Shown piece by piece: positions 1-40,380 of a stretch of 64,000 nucleotides of DNA. The DNA is from Paraspadella gotoi (taxonomy: Eukaryota; Animalia; Chaetognatha). The stretch's first letter is position 1, and each line of letters begins with the position of its first letter. A model generated the notes under the pieces. It was not told the DNA's origin. It did no database searches and was given only the letters and a program-made list of their open reading frames with translations. The stretch is taken from assembly GCA_051294375.1 (NCBI GenBank), contig CM119271.1, positions 10,130,291-10,194,290 on the forward strand, in the 5' to 3' direction. A program made the position numbers and the translations under genes.

Positions 1-175
1 AACGCTGGGTGTAGTCCTTCCTAACTCTGTGACAAACTTATTTCCGTGACACAACAAAACGTTCCTGGTTGTAACATTATTTTTTTTTTTAAATCTTTTT
101 CTTTCGCGATGAGATGTAAAATTAGACAAGTTCGTGCCTCCATTGTTTGAAAAAAAAAAACAACAACTTTTCCGA

Positions 176-418
176 TCAAAAATTGGGTTTAGTTTTCAGC
201 CTCTTTTCCTTAGCTTCGCTAATCATTGAATAATTTAATCTTCCGCTTTGGATTCGAACGTCACCACCGACGCCGTTCGCCGTTCTAATGGGCGTGGCCC
301 TCGGTCTCTGGTGAAGTTGACCTACGCTCGGCGCTAATCTCGTCGTCGGGCGAATCTCACGCTGTTCATTTATTTGTTGCTGTGAATCAGCGTTTTTTCT
401 TTTCGAAATTGAAATTAG
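176..418 (-). CDS. Possible terminal coding exon of unknown gene (LISISKRKNADSQQQ...KTKPNF*)
   Basis: Acceptor tttgtctccag followed by an 81-codon complex open frame to a stop; no recognisable motif. Confidence 0.3.
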   Translation of the reverse strand, partial: LISISKRKNADSQQQINEQREIRPTTRLAPSVGQLHQRPRATPIRTANGVGGDVRIQSGRLNYSMISEAKEKRLKTKPNF

Positions 419-958
419 CTGGAGACAAATGTGTGGTTCGTAGAGACTCGGAGAGGGGGGGGGGAGAAATTGGGTCACAGAAAATATTATAAATATTAAC
501 GAAAGACTTCCTCGTTTAGTGGTTAATATTTGAAAAACCAAATGTCTTGAACATGATTTTTGTTTTACTAAAGAGTCGAATGTCGTTAGGCGTCGCGACT
601 CGACGTCTCGTTGTTAAAAAAAAAAACAAAAAAACAAAACGACATCGAAATCATGTTTCCATGTGAACATCCTGCTTTTTCGTCTTTTGTTCTTAAGAAT
701 ATGTAGCGTTTTTTTTTTCGCGATCACTTGCGGAAATTTTGGCTCAAATTGACGATTTTCATGGATTGTTTCAATGATTTCCTCTTTTTCACGTGCACAC
801 ATACACACACCGACTTTATGGCAACCGACTCGAAGTTCTGCGACCAAAAAGAAAAAAAAAAAGAAAAGAAAAGACTTTGAATCGAAAACAAAACGACTTC
901 CCGAATTCCGCAGACTTTTCGCGAGCGTCGTCGGGACGATTTCGCCGCGAGGGAGGGT

Positions 959-1026
<68 letters not shown>

Positions 1027-1235
1027 CGTCCGTCCCGCCGACCGCTTCTAGACGCGACGACACGAAAATAAACAAAAGGGAATCGCGTCGTTTTTGTGAT
1101 TCCGTCGGACGATCGATCGAATCCCGATCCCGATCCGTCCACACACAAAAAAAAAATGGACACGCCCTCGTTTTGGGACGCGTACACACACACTAAAAAA
1201 GTAAGATGGATCACATAATTAATTGTGAATGGACG

Positions 1236-26988
<25,753 letters not shown>

Positions 26989-27018
26989 CCTTTGCCCCCC
27001 CCCCACCTCTCCCCCTAG

Positions 27019-27681
27019 TGGACCACTTGCGCGACGTTGCCTCCGGCCGAGTGCAAGCTCGCCCAGTTCGACTACGGATCCGAAACTTCGACCTCGACGA
27101 CGAGGAGGAGGAAGAGGAATCCGGCAAACGCTCCGTGAGGCTTGCTGCCGCCGCTGCCGCTGCCGCAGCGGCCGTTCTTATTGTTATTGTTTTGGTTTTT
27201 TTTTATTATTGTTTTTTTTTTTTCTTGCTGTCGTGCGATATTTGATTTCTTTCAGTGATCATTCGATGTTTATTTACGCGATTGCCATGGAATTTTTTTT
27301 TTTAAAGATATTTATCGATCGTTGAAATTACAGTAATTTTAATTGTGATGAATTAGGCGTATACATGAAAATAACCAACAAAAGGCGGGGTAAATTATAA
27401 TAAGTTGGCTGAAACGATTCGGGTACGACAGTCCACTACAGTCTTTTTTTTTTTTTTTTTTTTTTTGGAAAAAAAATTAAACCCCCTTGGCGTTAGCTAG
27501 ATCTTCTTTCGTTTGAGATAATATTTCAATGTTTCATTACCGAGAGGAATTAAAACTCTACAGAATATGTTACCAAACATAAACTTTAGTTTCGCAATGA
27601 TCACTTTTAATGTTCTTTTTATCTTTCTCTCTTTGCGTTCTTTCTTTTCTTTCCTTTCACTTTCTTTCTCCTTTTTTTACC

Positions 27682-27754
<73 letters not shown>

Positions 27755-27905
27755 TAAATCCGATCGGCCTTTCTTCTCACTCGCGGTCGATCACATTAAT
27801 TATAACAATCAATAACATCACGAATCATGAACATTGGTCAATTGGTCATTTTCTACCCTTGACGTTGAACCTATCATTACCCCGCCTCTCTCTCAATCTA
27901 TCTCT

Positions 27906-27985
<80 letters not shown>

Positions 27986-28091
27986 CTCGGTTTTTCTTTA
28001 ATTTCATCCCTCGTATCGGTTCTACGAAGATGATGATGACGACGATGAAGTCGATAGACAGCCTTTAGCGAATCGACACTCTCTCTCTCTC

Positions 28092-28182
<91 letters not shown>

Positions 28183-28725
28183 ACATTCACTCCTCCACCC
28201 CTAAATCCGCCCCTATCTTCCGACGGTCTGCAGCTGTGAACTGTGGAGCAACTGCTGAGGGCGTGAACCACGACGACGACGACGACGACGACGACGGACG
28301 ACTTTCATAAGTCAATGACCATCCGCCATTCTTAAATCTTAAATTGTAAACCCCCTAAATTCAGTAGGTCCATTTTCATTAAAAAATTCTATCTCGAAAT
28401 TGTAGACCCCGAATTTCTTATTTTATTTGGGTACGAATCGATTCGTAAGTGGATGTTTAAAGAAAACAAAATCCAAAACTTATCATTAATCAATTCCTCT
28501 CCCTCAACATTTCTCCTATCCCTCCCCCCAGATATTTCGACTGCCAGACTGTGCTCATGAGCGGAGAAACTGGATTATTCTTCCTCATTCCGCCTGAAAA
28601 CATGTGAGGTAAGTTTACGACGGGTAAGTTTAGAAATTAGATTATTTTTGCGACATTTAGACGAGGTTTAAGTAGTTTTGAATGAGAGATGATCAATTTT
28701 TTGATATTCTCTCTCTCTCTCTCTA

Positions 28726-28794
<69 letters not shown>

Positions 28795-31700
28795 AACCTA
28801 GGTAACTTTATGGAGGGTGGTTAACGCACAAACAGGTTCGAGGCAAGTTCGTTAAGTCGTTACTGTTATTTCATCGCAGCGAGTAGCACCGCACTCGCGA
28901 ATTTGGAAACGTCCAAAATATCCCGCCTGATAGCCATTGTAAGTTTTAACCTCAAAACGTTTGCTCTTTTGTTTACTTTTTTTTTATGAAACAAATTTGG
29001 CCGATTGATTATCGAAAAAGGTATGTGTTTGTTTTTTTATTTAATTATTTATTTATTAATTTTTATCTTCTTTTAAAATATTGGAGTTTGATTAACATTT
29101 TGTTTTTTATCTCTGCTCAGGCACTGATGGTTTCTTTTTGTTTTCTTATGCGAATTCTGTGTCGCGTTTAAAAGCGACCTTCGGCGGGGGAAACGGTTAC
29201 GACGAGGCGAAACTTGACCTTTTGTTTTTTGTTAACATGTTATGTGCTCCAATAATATTGACAATATATTTTGCGAATTTTAATTACAGGAAACGCTTTC
29301 CAGAAATATGTAAATTGTCAGGAGCCTTTGCACTCTTGTCGTAACCGAAAATCTTGGCATATTTTTTCGTACGATTTACGAAACTACACATAACACGCGA
29401 TCGTTGATCAAAAACAAAGATTTTACCGAAAAAAGCAATTCCCCCCCCCCCCTTCCTCAAAAATGACCTGAATTAGTTAAACCTCGACACCCTAATAAAA
29501 AAAATATGGTTTAAAATCGATCCAAGTCATTGCATTCGTGGTTGACCGATGGTTCCATTTTAAAAGAATAATGCCTAGATTGTACGTATATTTTCGTTGC
29601 TTTAGCCAACCCTAATTATCAAAATACGAAGTTCGTTTTTACGAAAACTTTAAAAGGGAAAAATTGATCGTGAAAACGTTACTAGCCCTTCTTTTAACAA
29701 ACCACGAATGTTATTAATTAAATTAAATTCACAAAAATTTTGTTTTTTCGTTTGCAAATCACTTTTTTGTCGCTCGCCCTGAAAAAAAATAAAAGGTGCC
29801 GCCATGGGTAAGAAAAAAACAAATAGTCTCCAGGCCAATTGAATTCCCCAAAAGTATATTTCACCTTTTTTGCTCATTTAACGATTGGCGAAAAGTCAAG
29901 TTATACTGCAAGAAAAATCATGATTTGTAACACCCGCATTTTTTTGAGAAAATATTTATTTACGGATGGAGGTTCACTTAGCGGTTTTCTGAAATAGTAT
30001 AGCAAGTTTGGAACCTATTAATTGTTTGTTTTGTTTTTTTTCGTTTTTTTTACCATGTTATTAAAAAACCATTTTGTCTCCCAAAGCACGAATTCAAACT
30101 TCACCGAAAATAATTCTTTTTAAAATTTTCTGACACCCTCGTTTATTGTCACGGACTATTTAACTTGATCACCAAACAAATTGGCGGGATTAGTATGAAT
30201 GATTTCATTGGTTAACATGCACTCATCCCTATTATCGTGTGGGTCAGATCAATTTATATATTATCCCTAATGTTAAAAAGAAGAAATATATTTTTTTCTC
30301 CTGTTTATTACGATACATTCATCATGCCTCCTGTTTTAAAAGATGATAGAAAAATAATTATTTTCACAGCAAAAAAAAAACAATAACAATAATTAATAAC
30401 ATAATAATATAATAAATAATAATGTGTTATATATTCATTACGTATATTATATTTTTAAATTATACCAATAATTAAAATTAGTTATTTCCAACACAGTTCC
30501 AAAAATTATATGTATTTTCGTTAATGATAAGCGTCCTAAAAATATATTTCACCCCTATAATTCTCCCTTCATTAAATTCGGGACTACTCCGAAGTAATCG
30601 GCGGCAGTTTTCCGATTTCTATCTCACATATATAAAATATTTAAATATTAAATTATTAATATCTTTTACCTTGTGAAAGCCTTTTAACTTATCGAGAAAC
30701 TAAAATTCATAGAAGTGCTTACCCTCAGTTGCATTAAGAGCAAGCGACCGCAGGCGATCGAACCCAGAAAATATTTCCCCACCCGTCTTAAAAAATGCCC
30801 CAGAGTTCTCGTTGACTCTTTGGAACCTTTTGGCTTCGGGCGTTGATTTAAACCTTGGACTGAAACAAAATAGCAGTAGAACTTAGATTTGCGGAGAAAA
30901 AAAGAAATTATGATCTAAAAAATAGCTCTATTTTTTTTTCCAATTTTTTTTGCATCCATATTTATTTATTTTTATTGAAATTTCCCCAGTTTGTCTACAA
31001 TCGTAATTTTTAAAAAAGATATAATTCTGACATATTTTTTTTTTTTTTTTTTTTTGGTTTAGGGTCAAAAAACAACTTCCCGCTTGGATAGGTTTGTACT
31101 ATTTCAAGGCTTTTCTTTCATCAAACTAAAAACATAATTTTAACATTTGCCAAATTTATTTTTCTTTCAGGAGCGTTACATGTTGAAAGTTGCAACAATA
31201 TATTACCGTCGTCTTTTTTCTGCCCGAAGATTGCTCAGTCAAGGTTAGTCTAATCTTTAAATGAAAAGTTATTTTAGTGATGAATAATATTTTTTTTGCA
31301 TTGTTTTCGTCAATAATTAGATTAAATTATAATGATAAGTTTTAACAATTTTTTACAATTTAAAGCTCTGAAAGAGTTTGTTAACTTTTAAAAGAAGGAG
31401 AATTTATTCAAATTAATTTCCAAAAAGAAACATAACTTTTTCTTCATATAATTTCCAATTGAGAGGAGATTTTTATTCTCCACGATTAAAAAAAACCGGA
31501 CGACGATATCCCCCGCTTGCCCTCCCCCCGTCAAAACAAAAAAAACAAAACAACAAACGAAAAAACAACCCGATTTTCTCAACGCCCCCCCTTCGTTTTG
31601 CAGACGCTGGCATCGGACGGGTTCTCATGGCGACGGAACCTTACATCAAATCCGGATGGAACAAACTCGATTGCTTCCTGGTCTAGTCATCATTTCTTGG

Positions 31701-32923
31701 TCGACATTTCTTATTCTATCGTCGCAAGCCGCTAAAACGGGAATTCCTCGGCATCTTGCGAGTCTTCAGGATTTCTAAAGAACCCTTCGTCCCCTCAGGT
31801 GTAAGGAAAGGGGGGGAGGGTGGGGTGGGAGAAAAGTGGAATATGAGGGGAAAGGGCAACCCGGGGGGGGGGGAGAAATTTTCGAGGAGTGTTTTTTGTT
31901 CATAGATGTGAAAATTCACCGAAGGCTTTGTTTGGCCTTATATTCGTTTTTTCTGTAGACCAGCAGTATTTTTTTCTTTTAGCCTTTTCTAAAAGTTTTC
32001 TTGTTTAAAGTTTCGATTTACAATTGCTTTTTCACTTTTTTCATCCAGCAACCGTTCACACTGTTACCATTTTTTTTCACTAAACTCTTTTGCTTCCTTC
32101 GTTTGCCTCCTCTTTATTTTCACGTTCAATAACTGAAAGGAAACATCATACTATTTCCGAGGACCGAACACGTTTCTACCTTTCCCACATTTCCCACCGT
32201 TTTTCAATTTTCCTCTTTCCACCTTTCTCTCCAGGGTAATATCGCGAAGGCACCCGGACTGAAGCTCGTGGTTCAAACGCTGTTGTCCTCTTATTCGACC
32301 CATCGTGCAAACATTCCGTCCTCATTTGCTGCACCTTCTTCATTAATTTGGGAATATTAGCGATGTGCAGGTGAGAGGGAAAAAGTCGCGGTTTCAAAAT
32401 GGCGTCTTTCTGAAGACATGATTGTTTATGTCTTACATTTATATATTGAAAAAAAAAAAATCATTCCAACAAATAAATTTAGTTACTAAAAGAATGCCTG
32501 ATGAAAAAGGATTGTTCTCATTTAACAAATCAAAATTTACCACATCATAAACCACCTGAGGTAATTGGTTCCTTTCAACGTCACAATTTTTTAAGAACTT
32601 GAGAACTTAATTTATTATTATTATTATAATATTTTTTATTATTATTTATTTATTATTACTATTTTAGTTAATTATTTTCAGACTTGGATTTTTTATTCGC
32701 TTGTCAATTTTTTTAAAGAGTTTTTTTTTGAAAAAAAACTAAAAACAACAGATCGACCGGACCAAAAAAATAACAAAACAATCGCCTTCCCAAACTTCCC
32801 CTCACCCCCCCAACCCCCCCCCCCCCAAAAAAAAACCAACCCAGCTTTTTTCAAAGGGCAGTTCTTACTATGCCAAGGACCCGACGGTTTCGCACGTTGG
32901 GTGAACAAAAAACCATGCCTTTC

Positions 32924-33005
<82 letters not shown>

Positions 33006-36000
33006 TGACCCCCGGGCAAATCATTTGGCTCAACGAAAAGTTACAACTTCACAATTTGGGCCGAGCGCTTATGGCCTCTTCGTTTCTCTCCTCCAAGATG
33101 GATGGGTCGGACATGTACAGCGGCTCGACGCCGTCGGGCGTCGATCAACAGGTTGCGGGGGTTTTTTGTTTTTGTTTGTTTTTTGTTGTTTGGTTTGTTT
33201 GTTTTGGGGTTTTGTTTGTTTTTGAATTGTTTCTTTTTTTTGTTTTTTACTTTTGTTTTGTTTGTTTGATTGCTTTGTTTATTTTTGTTTAATTTTTTTG
33301 TTTAATTTTTGTTTTGGATTGTTTGTTTATTTACTTTGTTTTGTTTTGATTTTTGGTTTGTGTTGTTTCATTTTTTGTGGTTTGTTGGTTGTTTGTTTTT
33401 GTTTGTTTTGTTTGATATTTTTGTTTTGTTTGAATTGTTACTTTGTTTTCTTTATTTCTTTTTTTTTAGTTTTGTTTTGAATTGTTTGATTTGGTTTTAT
33501 TTTGTTTGGTGTTGATTTTTTGTTGATTTTGTTTGATTTTTGTTGGTTTTGTTAGTTCTTTGATAGTTTGTGAAATTTGGTACAACCAATATTAAAAATT
33601 ATCCATTTCATTTAATAAATAAGCTATTTCTTGTCCCTGAACTTTGGAAGGCTCTTGGTGGTTTAAGGCCTCCATCACACTTACAAGATAAAAGCATAGC
33701 AGGTTTCTGCAAGCTTTCAATCAAGACTCTCTCACAGGTTTCTATATTTATCACTCCCAGTGAAACCTGGCTTCCCTATCAATGAAGTGGTATAATATAT
33801 TCCAAGAATGTTTTCAATGTATTGAAAAGACCACTCCCTAAGTATTAGATCGCGGGAATACTTATATTGTACTCCGCACTAGCATCAAAATACAAGGAGC
33901 TGATTTTAATGAATTGGTACCAACCCAATGATAAAAAATTATCCATTCATTTAATAAAATTGTTTTATTCTTGTTTGATTTTTTTGTTTGTTTTTTTTTG
34001 TTGGTTTGTTTCTTTTTATTTTCTTTTTTGGTTGGTTTTGTTTTGCATTGTTGTTTGTTTTTGGGTTTTGTTTTGTTACCCGATCCCTATTTCCTACCCT
34101 TTTTATAATCTTCCTAACCTCTATTCCCAAACCTCTATCCCCAAACTTTCTATCCCTTTGCCCCAACCCCTAACTCAAACCACTTTCCTCCTTTCAGCGC
34201 CCAACGCAACTTTAACGAGTGGCGCCTTTCTGTACTTCATCGGCTTCTTGCTTCTCGTGCGGCTTCTTCGTCCTCAACATGTTCGTTCGGGGTTGTCGTC
34301 CGAAACTTTCACAAGTTGCAGGAGAATGCTCAGGAATCGGGAGACGAGAGAAAAGGTGAGAGATGGAGGGGAGAGAGAGAATTATATAAAGATTTATCTA
34401 AATTTCCATTTGCTTTGCATATTGCATTATTTTTTTGTTCATTTTTTAATATTTTATGATAAGTTGTTTTGTCAGAATCCATCAAAATATTTGTTAAGAT
34501 TAAAAAAAAAATTTGCTATATATATAATAGTACCCTCAGAAGAAAGCATTTTGACAAAAATATTTTAAATACCATAATCTATGCTCATGATAGATTCTTT
34601 TAACGCTGTATCATTAGCATTAAATTTCATCGGCTTTATGGCTTACCAAGTGGAATCTTCCGGGTTTTTAAATACTTAGCATATCTGATCGGCATTAATT
34701 TCAGACAGTTTCTCGCCGATCTACAGACTTTAGGAATTCCTAAAACTATTGAGGAATAAAAAGGAGGGAATTATTTGCATGTTCTGTTTTCTGAATTTGT
34801 TAATGCCGTTTTTGGTTATTAAAAAAAATTACAAAAAACGAGAAGCAACGCTTGTTATAAGACATAGAGTTAACTACTTTGGGCAGACTTATACTTCCAC
34901 TACGCTTTCATCCCATTGTCTTAGAAAAAGAAATTTACCGTACTTCTGTGAAACTTCAAGTATTATTTAACATTTGTAATTTAGTAAAAAATCGTTTTCT
35001 CAGATTGGCGCTTGAAAACGTTGCGAAGAGACTTGCCACGTAAACGCAAAAAGTATGCAACTCGATATCATTGGGCAGCGTGATGTCAGAACTGGAGCTT
35101 AGCTCGGCGGACTCAGATTTCAGAGGACGAACGTGCAAGTTGAGTAACCAACGGATAATTAATGTTATATGGAGGATGGATGGAAATCCATTACGATTAT
35201 CGTACAATTAATAAATTATTAGGTTTCCTTTGCTTTTCCGTTCGAATTTGTGATTCGATCTCAGTTCTTCGGATTTAAAAATTTAAAAAAAAAAAAAAAG
35301 TAATTATGAGATGATTACTAAAACAAACTTTACAACCTTCAGAGATCGACGGAAATCGGAATTTTATCCGTGATTTTCCGACGCATACTTTATTCAAACT
35401 TATAAAAAAAAAATTTCTGTTTAGAATTTCGCGAATTGAATTGAATACATTTTGTTAAAGTTTTCGCTTCGAATTCTTTTCTTCCGATCGTTAAATTATG
35501 TTATAGAAAAGCAAAAAAAAGGTACAGGAATTGCAATTGGGTAGAACTTACAATGAGTGACCGAGGGAATTAATTTTAGAAAGAGTAGGCCTATTACGCC
35601 AATGGCATTTACCCGGTTCATTCCTGTATGTTTTATATTGATTTTTAGTTTTTACACCATGTAGGGCCTCTGGTAATTCAATTACGACAATCTATAAAAT
35701 TTCCGAAGCTATATAATTTTAATTAGTCACCATCAAAAGTTACTTTTCATTATTTAAATTACTTAGCACTTTTCAATTATTTCACATGATCTATTTAATT
35801 TCTCCACATGTTAATATAAAACAAACCACAAAGATACCATTGCCAGTTTTATATTTGTTTAAAAATAATATCGGTTTAAATGTTTATGATATTCCAATAA
35901 GCAGTATCTTCCAACAATTTTTAATACTAATTCTTTTACGCATTTAACAGAAAAACTGCTAGGAACCTTTGGTAATCAGGCGATTTTATCTTCTTAATTT

Positions 36001-36930
36001 ACAATTTTACACGAATTACTTTCAGTCTCAAGGGTCAATTTTCAAACTTTTTTTAAATTTCTTAATCTCTAAACCACAAGACCATCCTAAAAACATTTTT
36101 TAACTCTCTCTTTTTCTCTCTCTCTCATCTCCGTTCTCTTCTCTCCATTATTGAGCCAGAATTACCCTATTGGCTGGATTTACCCTCCGTGGCGGGCTTG
36201 GGCTCCATCAAGTCTGTACGAGCAATACTTTGGGATCTCGCTATCGCTGCCGTCATAGGCCTTAACGTCATCACCATGACTATGGAATTTTACCTCATGC
36301 CCGAAAGTAATTTTTAGTCAATTTAACAATTTAAATTTTAATTCGGGAAAAAAAATGATGAGGTATAAAAAAAAAGTGATCGCTTGCGACTCGTACGGCT
36401 GCGAGGCTCTCTTTATCGAAAACGCGTTATTCTGCGCTTTTCCGTTTACTTTTAATCTTTAGCGCTAAATTTTTAAAGTTCTGTATTCAAGAGTATGAGG
36501 CTATTCCCTAATCCTGATCCTTAACCCTAACCTTATCCTTAATCCTAGGCCCCCTAACCTTATCCTAATCTCTAATCTTAATCCTAATCCTATTCATAAT
36601 CTCAATTTTAAAACATTAACCCTAAAATATTAATCGTATCTTCAATTCACCTTATAATCCTTAAAACTAAAAAAAATTAATTTAAGATGAAACGCGGGTG
36701 GGGCTTTGGGAAAATTAAGGCCAAAACTAGATTGAGTTATAAAGAATATTTAAACAATAATCAAAACTTGATATTTTAACTCCCCCCCCCCCTTATCTAT
36801 TTCAGGAAACTAACATTACGTTCCTACGCATAATTTAACACTTTTTCACGGGCTGTCTTTATACTTGAATCTATTGTCAAAATCTGCGCTCTGGGTTTCG
36901 CTCGCTTTTTCAGTGTAGAGCGGACAGGGT
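27019..36930 (+). pseudogene. Frameshifted inverted copy of Cav3 exons (II-III linker to IV-S2); probably an assembly artifact, not a true pseudogene
   Basis: Same exons as 15677-23344 in reverse complement with many 1-nt insertions and an ~80-nt poly-C at 32925-33005. Exon 27019-27134 (VDHLRD...NFDLDDEEEEEESGKRS) is complete only on this side. Confidence 0.75.
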
Positions 36931-37335
36931 AAGAATTTAGGTTTCGGTTTCAGCGTCTTCCTTCTTGGACACTAACGTATTCTCTCTCTTTTNNNNNNNN
37001 NNNNNNNNNNNNNNNNNGGAGATGAGAAGAGGATGAGTAAAGAGAAAACAAGCCGGGAGAGGAATTACGATTAAGATGTGGCTACAAACTCTGTCTTGGA
37101 CACGGCCCACTAATGGATCGACACTTTTTACTACGTACGACTAACGCTATCATTTAATTGTCGCTACATACTTTATATTTATTAATATTTTAAGAAGGCA
37201 AAGAGTAAGGAAAATTATTTCGAAGGGACAGCGGTAAATATAGATCACGACGAACGCTTTCACCAGCAACACGACGGACATCGGCATCGTCGTGACACAA
37301 TTCTCACGAAAAACAAGAAACGAAAATGGACTTAC

Positions 37336-39256
37336 CTAAGTCGTTGGGCTTCTCTAAGCACCTACCCGCACCTAGGCTCATCTTTCTGGGTGAGTTTGCA
37401 GAATTGTTTGAATTAGTAGTCTGTCGACGGGGAGGTGGGGACGAAGGAAAAGTCGGGTAAGGTTTCGTGTTTTTTTAAAAATTAACCCCGCAGCCCAGTA
37501 TTCGGTGACTTACCCCCTTTGAGGAGGTCGAATGAATGCTGTTACTTCGTTCTGCTATGTTCGCTTGTGGAACGGCCAAGTTGAGCGTAGTCATGCGTCT
37601 AGAGAAAAAAAAATGAATATTTTCATTATTATTATTTATTGAAAATTAATCAAATACACAATTGAGTATAAATAAATAGATTTTGACCAGTGGCCACGGA
37701 TAGAGTTACAGCTCTAATAAAGGAAATTTTTTTTTTCATTTATAGTTAGATCGAATGAATAAGTTGATTGATTAATTAACTTATTTGATTGATTTGATTG
37801 CCTGATTGATTTAAATACCTGAGTCGGATCTGAGCCAACTGCTCCTGAGTTTTTGCCACGATAAGAGCGGTCGTCTCCGCAGAGAGACCCGGTGCTAGCA
37901 CAGGCAAACCTGCAACACAAAATAATACAAACTAAGGTATCGCATTAGATGCCTCGTTATGTATCACTAATTTTTTTAATTTATATTTTAAATTTACGAT
38001 TTAAGAGATTATAAGTTGATATATATAAAAATTATTCAAAGTCTATGTTTGTTTTGATTTTTAAAAAGAAAATAAGTTGAAACAACTGGCGACGACGAAA
38101 ATTAAGCTTAAAATCAACTTAATTAAAGTTACTAACTAACAAAAACTCAAAATCTCGTTGCGCGCCACCTGGTTCTGGTTACAAATTAGATGTAAATAGG
38201 GGAAAAATAAATAAAGTAAAAGTAAAAAAAAAAACAAACATACTGACCTGAAGCGATTTGTGATCCATCGGAGGTAGGGAAAGTGCGAAAAGTTGGCGGT
38301 GAGGGTCCTGTTGGGGCGGCTGTGTTGCCTTGACCAAGCAGGAAAACTGGCGCTTTCTCACAGGCGAAGTCGTAATGTTGTTTAAGAGCGGATTCCTGGG
38401 AGCAAGGATGGGGTATTATACATTTTACAAAAATATATAAACGAATGAATGTAAGGGTAATTTTGAAATAAGTGAGAATGTATGTGTCATTTAGTAACTT
38501 ACCGAAAATTGTTATCGCTAACGTTTATTTTCACCGCCTGAGAGTGTTTCTGCGAAAGAAATGACTAGTCTACTGTTCGTTAAAACATTACGTGATTTTC
38601 GTGGTAAATGACACTGAATGAAAAAATATCCGCAACATTTCTTGCACCAAAACTCTCTTCTCTCTCCTCTCCCTCCATCACTCCTCTCTCCTGAATAAAA
38701 CAAATATCGCAACATTTCTGGCATCAACTAGTATCTCTCTCTCTCTCGTCATCTCTCTTCCTGCTGCTCTGCACTGCTCTCTGCACTGAATGAAAAAATA
38801 TCGCAACATTTCTTGCACAAACTATCTGTCTCTGCTCTCTGCTCTCTCTCTTCCTCAACGTGAATGAAAAAATATCGCAGACATCTTCTTGCACAAACTA
38901 GTTCTGCTACTCTCTCTCCTCTCTCACTGCTGCTCTCTCACCTGAAGTGAAAAAAGTATCGCTAAATGTTCTTGCTCTCTCTCTCTCTCTCTCTGCTTTT
39001 TTCTCTCTACTCTCGATTGTCGTCTCTCTCTCTCTCTCTCTCTCTCACCGAATAAAAAAATATTCGCAGCGACATTTCTTGCACAACTATCTCCTCTCTC
39101 TCGTCTCTCTTCTCTCTCTTCCTCTCTCACTGAATGAAAATATACCTCCGCAGACAAAAGCAAAACATTTCTTGCACAACGGAACTAGTCTCTCTCCTCT
39201 CTCTTCTCTCTCACGATCTCTTCTCACTGAATGAAAAATATGCGCAACATTTCTTG

Positions 39257-39288
<32 letters not shown>

Positions 39289-39645
39289 ACCGCGAATTAA
39301 AAAAATATCGCAACATTTTCTTGCAACAAACTACTCTCTCTCTCTCTCTCTCGTCTCTCCTCTCTACCACTGAATGAAAAAATCATCGGCAACCATTTTC
39401 TTGCACAAACTATGCTCTCTCTTCTCTCTCTGGCTCTCTCAGCATCTCATCTCTGAATGGAAAAAATATCGCAAGACATTATCTTGCATCTCCTCTCCTC
39501 TCGTTCACTGGTTGTTAGGATCTGATCGCTGGGTAAGACGGCGTTTGGAGGGAGACTGATACGTTTCGTGTTCTGGATCTATGCGTCTCTTTGTGAGTTC
39601 TGGCGACGGACGCATCGGATTCGCTGGAGCGAAGAGACGCAGCAT
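37336..39645 (-). CDS. Unidentified multi-exon gene, 5' part (continues toward the N gap); Ser/Pro/basic, probably disordered protein
   Basis: Exons 39508-39645 (ATG; donor seems to lack 1 nt), 38503-38537, 38244-38395, 37819-37909, 37514-37598, 37336-37420. The last five have canonical splice sites and consecutive matching phases: MLRLFAPANPMRPSPELTKRR...QSPSKRR...NPLLNNITTSPVRKRQ...NSPRKMSL. Confidence 0.7.
38610..39490. repeat. Tandem repeat, ~60-70 bp unit (ctgaatgaaaaaatatcgcaacatttcttgcacaaacta + variable (CT)n), ~13 copies
   Basis: Directly visible; intronic; noisy copies. Confidence 0.9.
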
Positions 39646-40380
39646 TTTATCATAAGATTCACAATCGTTTCTATCGACTCTTTGGTGGCAAGTTGTCAGT
39701 TATTCACTTTAGTATTCAATTTGATTTATTCTTACTATCAGTTTTTGAGTTTTGTACTATCATCAGTTATTTTGGTCTTTTTTTAGTTGGTTGTAGACCT
39801 AAGAGAGGTCATTTGATTTATTTCTATCTGATTTCCGATTCTTAGTTCATTAACAGTTGGTCCAGTTATTATAGATTATTTATAATTGATTAATTCAATT
39901 TATTAATTTATCAGCTTTTAGTTTATATACCAATCATTTATTCGTCTTTAGTCCATTGGTTGTAAATAATCAATCGGTCAATGTTTGTGGTACATACTAC
40001 TCTGGTTTATAATTACCAAACATATTCCCTGAAGTCTTTTATCTACTAGGCTGAATATTTCATATTTAACATATATATCATATCATATATCATATTTATC
40101 AATCCAAGACAAACGGTCTGTCATTTGAACATTTTCTTTAACAGGCGTCCAAACCTTCATAGTATACATAAATAACAATTATGAAATAATAATTTTCCTC
40201 TGAATCATTTTTTGGGTCTCATGCATATTAAATTTTTTATATTATAAATAATGACGAAAATGTGCGATGTTATTAATTGACAAAGAGATCCTAAACATTT
40301 TTAAAAATTAACGAAGAAAAAATAATGTGAACAATGCAGCGTTAAATGATCTCGTTAAATGATACATATACATCATAAAG

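Noticed and set aside
614-1214. ORFs with SLSLSL/ERERER runs here and throughout the window
   Set aside because: Translations of (GA)n/(CT)n microsatellites
32925-33005. Poly-Pro/poly-Gly ORF or G-quadruplex
   Set aside because: Homopolymer replaces a 5-C run in the clean copy (~19125-19129); read artifact
27088-36992. Second Cav3 paralog on the plus strand
   Set aside because: Introns are as similar as exons and differences are random 1-nt indels, so this is a noisy copy, not a diverged paralog
38610-39490. CRISPR-like repeat-spacer appearance
   Set aside because: The spacers are (CT)n microsatellite rather than unique sequence; eukaryotic intron with no cas genes
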